The position numbers and the translations under genes were made by a program. A DNA stretch of 64,000 nucleotides from Macrostomum hystrix. Its lineage: Eukaryota > Animalia > Platyhelminthes. Where the stretch lies: NCBI GenBank assembly GCA_950097015.1, contig CATNEN010000034.1, positions 4,092,001 to 4,156,000 of the forward strand, in the 5' to 3' direction. The notes beneath the pieces are model-generated. The model was not told the origin of the DNA, did not search any database, and worked only from the letters and a program-made list of their open reading frames with translations. Below, one piece after another: positions 11,721 through 22,400 of this stretch (positions are counted from its first letter, which is position 1; every line of letters starts with the position of its first letter).

Positions 11721-12654
11721 GTAAGTTTGATTCCTATTGCATTGTCAAGAAAATATCACTTTCCTATAGTCATCCGCATGGTTTTCTGTTTGCCCATTTA
11801 CCATCGCTGGCTTCCCTACCTGCAAGCTTCCGGAAGCAGGAAGTTGCTGGCCTCTCTATATAACTGAGCAGCAACTCCAGCGAAAGAGAGCCAGCTCTGC
11901 TTTAGTCAACCTGATGCCGTTTGAATTCATAAAAAATACTCTTTATGCTAGTTCCAGCAGTGCCGCATGACAAACCCAGCGGCTGGGTTGGAGGAGTGGG
12001 ACTGGGATAAATATATCGGAAATTGTCTAGCGTATCTCGCGGAAAGCAAACGGAATCAATGGTCTAATTAGATCCGTGACGTTGGATTAAAGCAGTAGGG
12101 AAGCAGAGCAAGGTGCTCCGGTTTGAGGCTTGATGACTGACTTTTAATTACTGTCAATACAGTCTCTCTTTCTCTCCATCTTTGTCGCTAACCCTTCTTT
12201 GCTAAGCCTGGCCATAATACGGTGTTTGCCCACCCTCCCCCGCCTCTTCGTTAGATTTTGGGGCCATGTTTGCTGTAGCTACAGGAATCATTGGACGCTA
12301 ATGTAGATAGCGGCGCAAACAGCTCGTTGGCGATTTCAAGCATTCTTTCAAAGAGTAAGTCGTTATTCCTTTTCATTCAAACAACATCAAATCGGAATTT
12401 TGTTATAAAATTATTTTACAGCTTTTCACATGATAATTTCTAAGAAACGAAACACCGTGTATTGATTTAAATAAAAAACTAAACGAAAAAAACTGTACAA
12501 CTTTTTTTGTCTCGGAGGCTAAATCCGAGTACATAAAATAGAGTGCAAGGAATATACACAAAAGTTTCATTTAGCAATGCTTTGTATAAATAGAGTTTAT
12601 ACATGACTGTCATTTTTGTGATAAATGAAACAATAACATAATTAATAATTCATT

Positions 12655-12950
12655 TAATAATTATTGATTACACCTGCCCCAATCTGGCCAAATGTGTACC
12701 CGACAGCGGGGCCGCAACAATTGCCCGGCGCATCTGAGGGCTGCGTACGGCTGTTCAGTCCATGGACTGGGGGGAAGCCACACCCACCCTCAACCACCCC
12801 AGCTAATGCTGGCACCCATTTAACACCTGGGTGAACTGAGTTAAGTGTCTTGCTAAAGGACACTGATTGTTCCAGTGGAGTCGGGAATCGAACCCACGAC
12901 CTTCTAGTCGTAAGTCCGACACTCTAACCACTAGGCTACAACCTCCTACA
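12655..12950 (-). mobile_element. tRNA-derived SINE, near full-length copy
   Basis: A-box TAGCCTAGTGGTTAGAG, B-box GGTTCGATTCCC, central GTCCTTTAGCAAGACACTTAACTCAGTTCACCCAGGTGTTAAATGGGTGCC, 3' tail GGGGCAGGTGTAATCAATAAT. Confidence 0.85.
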
Positions 12951-13088
12951 ACCTCAAGGCTACAAGAACATAATAAAAATGAAAATATGCGCTTTCATAT
13001 TCGAGCTGGCGCACTGGCCTGAAAGCCACATAGCTGTACGATAGTCCAGCATTTTAACACTTTCCCATTGTCAACGTCAGGTCAGGCG

Positions 13089-13305
13089 TCAAACAAACGA
13101 ACTGGCCTGCTGGAACATGTGCGCCGGGAATCTGCTAACAGTTGCCGACCTGACAGCTGGCGCGGTCGAAGTCGGCGCTACCGTCGGGTCGTCGGCGACA
13201 TTGCCGGATGCCAGCAGGCGATCGCCGCTGTCTGAGCTCTCCTTGGCGTTGCAGTGCTGCATGGCTTCATAGTACTGCTGCTGCTGCTGCTGCTGTTGCT
13301 GTTGC

Positions 13306-13353
<48 letters not shown>

Positions 13354-13486
13354 TGAGGCGCTCTGCAGGAACTGCGCGATTTGGAGACGGGCGCTAGGCT
13401 GGTGTACTGGTGCTGCTGCTGCTGCTGGCGATGGCCGTGGCTAGCTGTCTGCCAGGCCCTGTCAGCTGTGCCAGCTAGCGCCACAA
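13089..13486 (-). CDS. Protocadherin cytoplasmic exon 8 with polyQ (putative last coding exon)
   Basis: acceptor tttgcag; phase 1 puts it in the 131-aa ORF frame; Q27 tract at 13275-13355. Confidence 0.6.
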
Positions 13487-16400
13487 CTGCAAACAGTGAT
13501 ATGAAAATCGGCCGTAAAACAATGCGACAAGCAAGATTCTTAGAAAATGTTTTGGAGGCGGAGTAACTCCTATCACTGTAGTGTATTCTTCTGTAGTGTA
13601 AACTTTTTTAAGAAATGTACGTTCGTAGTTTTCTTTCTTTGCCTGACAACCAGAAGGTCTAAAACACTCGCATTTAGTTACATTTTTAGCACGAAATTAA
13701 AAAATGATTATTATATTAGAGGCCGTTGAAATTAAATTTAGACTCAAATAATAGTATCGTACAATTTGGTGATCGTTTCTAGTCTGGTTATTGTCATGTC
13801 GCTGCCGCGGAGCGGAACAATTCTCATTCTTTGATGCTTGCCGACTCATTGTAACAATGGCCTTGGTCTATTCGGTGCCATTCTATTATTTAAATTTATT
13901 TGAAAAATCAATCAATGATTTTTTAACACTACAGTCTGAATACTCGTACATTTCTGTGGTTTTAAATTTAAATCTCTGCCCTGTGATGAATGCAGTTTTT
14001 TGAGTGGGGCTGAGAAACCTACAACATCGCGAGTGTTTTTACAGCCCAGTCGTCGCACGCTTGAACGGATTTCGTTAGTTTTTCTCTTCGTGTTTTGTCC
14101 CGTCCCAGCTCCCCGACGAGGAGCGCAAGACGGGGCCCGGAAACGACAGTAAAAATAGAAAAATAATAGCAGAGAGGGTCGAGAAGATGAGGAGAAAAAA
14201 ACCAGCAGAGCAGAGAGCGGGGATGCAAAATGTGCGGCTAAAATTGAAGCCTGGTTGCCGGGTGACAGGAAGCTGGGATTTTTGTCCAGATCAAAGCTGA
14301 CAGAATACCGGGCGAGCGAGCGATGCTATAGGCGGACAAAGACCTATCATAACAAGTCGAGAAAAAATTACCCACAGTCACGGCATGACTCCATATGCCT
14401 GACTTTATTTTGCACGAAATTATTAATTTGGGTGCAGAGACAAGTGTACGCGTGTGCTCAGGAGTCAGCGGAATGGGAATACCCCCTCGCTGACTGTGGG
14501 TTAGTAGCCTGATTGACTTCTAAATCAATATATTGGGCCTTGTTTAACTTAACTGCTTTCTGTAGATGGATTGGTTTCTTCGCTTTGCCTAGCAACAAGA
14601 CGCGGCTAAAATGCCGATTTTTTTGTGAATTACAAAAAATTCTAATTGAGGGAGAGATAGATAGGGAGGCCACTTCACTGTTGTCAGGGAAGCTTAAAGA
14701 TCGAAATGGTCCATTCGGCCTGGGGAGCGAGCTAATTAACTTTTTTATGCGTCAATTTATTACTGAATATATAGCCATGCTGCTGGTCCAGATTTATTGT
14801 CATCGAGTTAAAAATGTTGCAATAGTCTCGCACGCTTATGAGGTAGGGCATAAAAATGGAATCCTTGTGTATGCGCGCAACAGTCACCAAGCACTTTAGT
14901 TAGTTCTGATATAGTTTTCTACTCTTAATTCGTTCTTCCGCAATTATTATTCATTATTATAAGTGGCACTTTGCTTGTCTGTATTCTGTAAGAAATAAAA
15001 AAATTAATTGCAGGTGGACTGCGCAGCCTCACCTTGATACGTGTTGGTCGGCCCGACTCCGTCAACGCTGCCCAGCTCCTTGGTTGCCAGGCTGAAGTGG
15101 CGCCTGTCAGCCAGCTGCTGGCCCGGCCGACGTAGAGTCTCAGACAGGCCGAGCAGCTGCGAATGAGAATAAGGGGTGCGCCAGTGTACATTCACGGAGT
15201 GAGGGGTGTGCCAGTGTACATTCACGGAGTGAGGGGTGCGCCAGTGTACATTCGCGGAGTGAGGGGTGCGCCAGTGTACATTCGCGGAGTGAGGCGTGCG
15301 CCAGTGTACATTCGCGGAGTGAGGGGTGCGCCAGTGTACATTCACGGAGTGAGGCGTGCGCCAGTGTACATTCACGGAGTGAGGCGTGCGCCAGTGTACA
15401 TTCACGGAGTGAGGGGTGCGCCAGAGTGCGCCAGTTTATACAATTGTCCGAGTAATTGGTGTGCCTATGTACATTGTGCATCAGTCTTTTTAGAATGTAC
15501 TCGTACATAAGGATGTGCAATCCCGGTCAACCAACCTAAAATTTTGGTTGGCATATAGAGCCCAATTTGATAGAGCCGTTTCTATTTTAAGAAATAACTT
15601 TTTTAAAACCCCTGCTTTTCTACTCCCCTCCTAAGTTATTGGCCTCAACCAATCAGGCGAACAAACTTAACTGCCCAATTCAGAGAAGCTTTTGTATATT
15701 TGTGTTTTATTTTTACTGAGTTGTACATTTTTCTAATGACTGAAATATATATACGATTTTTTTAAAAAGAGAATGCTGAATGAAAAAGATTTTTACTCCT
15801 AAATTGGCCTTCTCAAAATAGACCGAAATCAAGCCAAATCTAAACGCCGTCTCCCAGAGGAACATTCCTATCTTTTATACCCAATTCCGTCGCCAATTAG
15901 TAGAGAGGAGAAAGATTTTTGAAAAATGCGTCCTCAGGGCAATCAGATCCCCATGCCTATGCGTAGTGCTACGTCCAAAAAATTGCAGAATAAAATTAAT
16001 TTAGATATTTCTTCTAGCTTTCTTTACTCCAAAGCAAAAATCTTAACCAAATGTACCTTTTATGAGTCCTACTGTCAGTGACTCTACAGTATTTTTTTGT
16101 TTTTATTGACTTAATTGATCTAAAGAGAGAACTTGTAAGCAAATATAATAAATTCTCACCGGCGGTCCGCCACGGAAAAGCAGCGCCTCGTGGCCTGCCG
16201 CGTCCTCAGCTGACGCTGTACATTCGCGGAGTGAAGCAGCAGCCGACGCGGCAGATGCACCCGCCGTTGATTGATGCTTCGCTCTTTTGACGCTGCTTCC
16301 TGCGAATTTTTAATAAGAACGAAATTTATTTTTGGCTACATTAAGGAACAATCTGCGCAGAATCCGCCATCAGGATTCATCACTGTAGGATTCCCCTCGT

Positions 16401-19400
16401 CGGGATTCCCCTCGTCGGGATTCCCCTTGTCGGGATTCCCCTCGTCGGGATTCCCCTCGTCGGGATTCCCCTCGTCGGGAGTACCCTTATTTGAATTCCC
16501 CTTATGGGGATTCCTCTCATGGGGATTCTCTTTATGGGGAATCTCCTTATAGGGACTCTCCTTAATTTGATGCACCTGTTCAGGATTCCCCTTATTGGAA
16601 TTCCTCGCATTGGAATTCCCCTAATGAGATTCCCCTCAATGGGATTCCCCAATGCGAGATTCCCTTGTAAGATTGCTCTTTTCGAGAATCCCCTCCTCGG
16701 GGATACTCTTCGTCGGCTAGATTCCCTTTTTCTAGGAATTTTCCAAATTCTTAAAAAGTTAAGCGATTTGTACTGTTAGCTTTTTTATAAAAACACGAAT
16801 CAAACCAGCTTTAAGTTCTTTTGAAAGACGTGGGAAAATAATGAATCAGCAAGCACCAGCTTGGCTATTGCTGGTGCTCTACGACCCGCAAAAGCCTCAC
16901 CAACAAGTCCGTAACTGTCTGTCAGAACTGGCTTCCACTGTTGAAGCTTGCAGGTGAACACACTGAATTCAATCTATGTTTTTTAACAATGCATAGCAAG
17001 CAAGCAGCAGCAGCAGCAGCTTGTCTGTGGCCTGTCTGTCTAAGCTTGACCGAGCCTTCAATTCCACACTTGTTTTCTCTTTCGTATAAAATCTGGTTCC
17101 AGGTGGGTTGGTTAATTCCTTCCAAGTAAAGTTCGACCGAGGAAGAGAAGACTCCATTTTAAACTCCCCTCACTCTCCCCATCTCCGTCTCTCTCGGTCT
17201 GCTTTTTTAATCTTTTTCTAGATCGGAAAATATGGCCCACAGGTACTGCGGGGGTGTCAAAAATATTTTTATGGCATGGGGAGAGGCCGGAGTTTCAGGT
17301 TTAAACTGCAAAAATACAGCCCCACTTCATCATTGAAGTTCAGCGTGGAGAGAGGGGGGGGAATACGCAATCCAAAAAAGTGGGATTCTTTTCGGCGCCC
17401 TGCCGAGTGGGCGCTGGCTGGCTGATTGGGGTTTGATGTTTTCACAAACCCGGTTTAGCTGGATGCAATCCCACTGGACCGAGCTGAGATCACTAATGCC
17501 CTCGATGCTTCCCTATTGGTTGATCCATCGATTGTTATTCTTGCCGCTCTCAGTAAAAAAGGCGAGTTTGACTGGGGAAGTCAGGTGCAGCCGCTGATTG
17601 GTCAATCTGTCTTCTTTGTCAGGAAAAATAGACGGGCAAGGCATGCTGTTAGTCCCGAGAGTATTAAATTCTTTCAGCTAAGTTCCCTTCGAACGTTAGA
17701 ATTTAGAAGAATTTTCTTCTTTTACTAATGAAAACAAACCCCAAGAGACTATGAAAGTTAACTTGCTGAGCAAAAGAGTGGATTGCTAGTCTAACCTCTT
17801 CGATAAATGATTAGAGAGAGAGTGGATTGCTAGTCTAACCTCTTCGATAAATGATTAGAGAGAGAGTGGATTGCTAGTCTAACCTCTTCGATAAATGATT
17901 AGAGAGAGAGTGGATTGCTAGTCTAACCTCTTCGATAAATGATTAGAGAGAGAGTGGATTGCTAGTCTAGCCTCTTCGATAAATGATTAGAGAGAGAGTG
18001 GATTGCTAGTCTAACCTCTTCGATACATGATTAGAGAGAGAGAGTGGATTGCTAGTCTAACCTCTTCGATAAATGATTAGAGAGAGAGTGGATTGCTAGT
18101 CTAACCTCTTCGATAAATGATTAGAGAGAGAGTGGATTGCTAGTCTAACCTCTTCGATAAATGATTAGAGAGAGAGTGGATTGCTAGTCTAACCTCTTCG
18201 ATAAATGATTAGAGAGAGAGTGGATTGCTAGTCTAGCCTCTTCGATAAATGATTAGAGAGAGAGTGGATTGCTAGTCTAACCTCTTCGATACATGATTAG
18301 AGAGAGAGAGTGGATTGCTAGTCTAACCTCTTCGATAAATGATTAGAGAGAGAGTGGATTGCTAGTCTATCCTCTTCGATAAATGATTAGAGAGAGAGTG
18401 GATTGCTAGTCTAACCTCTTCGATAAATGATTAGAGAGAGAGAGTGGATTGCTAGTCTAACCTCTTCGATAAATGATTAGAGAGAGAGAGTGGATTGCTA
18501 GTCTAACCTCTTCGATAAATGATTAGAGAGAGAGAGTGGATTGCTAGTCTAACCTCTTCGATAAATGATTAGAGAGAGAGAGTGGATTGCTAGTCTAACC
18601 TCTTCGATAAATGATTAGAGAGAGAGAGTGGATTGCTAGTCTAACCTCTTCGATAAATGATTAGAGAGAGAGTGGATTGCTAGTCTAACCTCTTCGATAA
18701 ATGATTAGAGAGAGAGTGGATTGCTAGTCTAACCTCTTCGATAAATGATTAGAGAGAGAGTGGATTGCTAGTCTAACCTCTTCGATAAATGATTAGAGAG
18801 AGAGTGGATTGCTAGTCTAACCTCTTCGATAAATGATTAGAGAGAGAGTGGATTGCTAGTCTAACCTCTTCGATAAATGATTAGAGAGAGAGTGGATTGC
18901 TAGTCTAACCTCTTCGATAAATGATTAGAGAGAGAGAGTGGATTGCTAGTCTAACCTCTTCGATAAATGATTAGAGAGAGAGAGTGGATTGCTAGTCTAA
19001 CCTCTTCGATAAATGATTAGAGAGAGAGAGTGGATTGCTAGTCTAACCTCTTCGATAAATGATTAGAGAGAGAGTGGATTGCTAGTCTAACCTCTTCGAT
19101 AAATGATTAGAGAGAGAGTGGATTGCTAGTCTAACCTCTTCGATAAATGATTAGAGAGAGAGAGTGGATTGCTAGTCTAACCTCTTCGATAAATGATTAG
19201 AGAGAGAGAGTGGATTGCTAGTCTAACCTCTTCGATAAATGATTAGAGAGAGAGTGGATTGCTAGTCTAACCTCTTCGATAAATGATTAGAGAGAGAGTG
19301 GATTGCTAGTCTAACCTCTTCGATAAATGATTAGAGAGAGAGTGGATTGCTAGTCTAACCTCTTCGATAAATGAATCTCTAAAGTCCATTTGCCAAAGCC

Positions 19401-22400
19401 GTTGAAAATTCAAATCAGTCGCTAACAATGCAAGTTTTCACTCATCAACCAAGTCAGCGGCATCGATTCACTAATGAATCGAATTCTAGTGTCACTTTGA
19501 CAGGAGAGCAACAGCTGCTCCTGAAAACACTTTGCTAACTCGAAGCTTTATTGGGGCGTCGCGTGCAAAGTTTTGAGGCAAAACGAGTCCCGATTGTGGT
19601 CCTGGATTGATTAATTTGCTTTACTGCTACCGTTCAATTTATGGTTTTGGTTGCTAAGCATTGCAGTCTGGTCCTCATTTGGCGGTTATTGATGCTTTGC
19701 AGATGGAACTGAACTGTCTGAATTCCTATTTGTATAGGAATAGGAAAACTGACACTCTTTTCCAAGAGTGTCACAAGTTATGGTGAATACCAAGGCGACT
19801 TTTCCTCAGAGGAAAGGGGAATCCCATGGCGGCTTTTTGTAAAGCGAAGGGGAATCCCATGGCGGCTTTTTATAAAGGGAAGAGGAATCCCATGGAGGCT
19901 TTTTGTAAAGGGAAGGGGAATCCCATGGCGGCTTTTTGTAAAGGGAAGGGGAATCCCATGGAGGCTTTTTGTAAAGGGAAGGGGAATCCCATGGTGGCTT
20001 TTTGTAAAGGGAAGGGGAATCCCGTGGAGGCTTTTTGTAAAGGGAAGGGGAATCCCATGGTGGCTTTTTGTAAAGGGAAGGGGAATCCCATGGTGGCTTT
20101 TTGTAAAGGGAAGGGGAATCCCATGGCGGCTTTTCGGAAAGGGAAGGGGAATCCTATGAGAACCTTTCTTGAAGGGAAGGGGATTCCCATGGCAACTTCT
20201 ATGATGGGAAGGGGAATCCAATGACGATGAATCATTAATTTAATTTTTCCGGTGAAGGGGAATCTCTTATCGATCGCACGATGAAGGGGAATCCCTTATC
20301 GATCGCTTCTCGCAAGTAGCGGTAAAATTGAATAAGGGGAATCCCACAGCGACTGTTAATAATGAATATTATTCGCCATATTTCCCCACTCCAAAGGTAA
20401 TATTGTTTTGCGTCGAATGAGCAACTAACAGGAAATTTATAGTTTCACACCGGAGCAATCAGGGCAGCCATGACTGTTCCTGACTGTCGTGGATAGATAC
20501 CAAAGCAGGCATCTCAAACCCATTAGTATTTAGCTTTCTCTGCTCCATTTTTGTCCTTATTCCAGTTTACTATGCCCCAGTAGAAGAAACAGCAACAGAA
20601 GCAGCTATAAAAGCAGCGAAAAAAGCCAGCCCAGTGCCAAAAATGCTCACCTGCTCAGGAGAGGCCACCTGAGAGCGTGATGAGGAGCAGAGTCTGAGTA
20701 GGGAGGACAAGTTTTAGCCTCATATGCATCCTCCTCCACAATCTCGTGCGAATCGGCTGCCACTGGGACGATTGCTTTTTATTGTGCTCATCTCGCTGTC
20801 TTTTTTTCTGGGTCACAAATGCGTGTCTACCCCCCCGTTGAAGTTTTTATTCCACCATCTGCGTTGATAACAGAGATGCATTAGTGCTCCGTATTGCACT
20901 AAGACACCAAAAAATTCTTCGATAATAAAGAATCCGTTTCATAAAGGCAAAGTTTGCACAGTTTTCTCAACTTTTTTGCGCCAGTGTCACCATTAACAAA
21001 TTTAGAAGACAGGATTCTGTCCAATACTTTTTTCTTCTCGGACTTTCACTTGTAGGTGGCAGAAAATTGCACTTAACAGGTAAGGGGAAACGAAACTAAG
21101 AACTCACGCTGCTTTATTGGAAATCGAATAGAAAATTTTCAATATAGGCGCCGAGTAGACTAGCTTTCGGACAAGGATAAGTTATTTCGTTTTTTTCTCT
21201 TTAACCGGCTTATACTTTCTACTAAGCTACACAAAGCAAGGGTTTGCAGTAATGGCGTTAAATAGGTTTAGAGGCTTCTTTGCTTTCATCTTCAGTTTAA
21301 CGACATGAATTAGCTCGCGACAGGACATTGCGGCCGGCGTTTGCTTCCAAGGAAGTTACTCTCTGGTCAGTTACTCTCTGCCCCTTTAACAGCCTCGGCC
21401 GCTGCCACTTTCAACATTTTAATTCATTGACAGAGCGGCCCACTTATAGGTAGGGCTGGGCTGGGTGGATAATAGGGCTTTCTCTGAGGCTGGAAGAATG
21501 CTTCTTAGGCGGAGAGGAAAAAGGGACGTTTGAAAAGATTAATTGCCGCCAGGCAGGCGCATCTGTTTAGCAAGAACGGGGGTTTTCGGTTCCGAATAGC
21601 AAAGTTGTAGTTTCGAGTTTTTTTATTAGCGGGGTAGGGAGGGTTGTAGGCCGACAGCTGGATGGGCAATGATTGATGTCAGCGCTGAACAAGTCGACAA
21701 TGACCGGTTCGATCGCCATGTCGCGACTGGACTACCCGAGTAGTTGAAATCGCTTGCGACCAGAGAAAATTCAAGCTGTTGTTTTTCTCTTTTTATTTAT
21801 AGTCCTTAGTGCTAACCGCTCGCTATACACCATGGGACCCTAAGGTTGTAGCCTTGTGGTTGGAGCGTCGGGCTCATGACTTGAAGGTCGGGGGTTCGAT
21901 TCCCGACTTCACTGGAACGATTTGTGCCCTTAGCAAGACACTTAACTCTGCATTGCTTCAGTTCAGGGGCTCAAGAGCTCAAGGGTGGCTTGGAGGGCTT
22001 GTCTTGCAATTTACGCCCATCAGGGCCAATACACAACGGTGTGTGCGTGTGAACACAAAATTTCTAGGAAAACACTGGCACGGAAAGCTCGTTCAATGTG
22101 AGCAGTACTCACTGGCCATCCGAACTAGCAGGCAGCGGGCGAACAGCACCACCGCGATCGCCAGCACCGCCACCGCCGCCGTGCAGGCCACCAGGCCGAC
22201 GATCACCTGCTCGCTGACACCGCCGTCCCCAATCGGCTCGGCTCCTCCGATGCCGCGGCCGCCGCTTCCGGATCCACCGCTGCCGCCTCGGTCTGATCCG
22301 CCGCCGATGCCGATTCCGTTACCGCCGCCGCTTCCGCCGGACGGCCTGTTGCCCTTGGCAACGTCTGGCGGCAGACTATTCAACACGTGCACAATCAGCC

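Noticed and set aside
12870-12945. Functional tRNA gene
   Set aside because: A and B boxes are present, but acceptor and anticodon stems do not pair and the sequence continues into a SINE body.
17775-19373. CRISPR-like appearance of regular ~44-bp repeats
   Set aside because: No unique spacers, no cas genes, eukaryotic context; the same applies to all arrays.
20303-20315. U2 snRNA 5' end (ATCGCTTCTCG)
   Set aside because: Only 11 nt match; the continuation is not U2.
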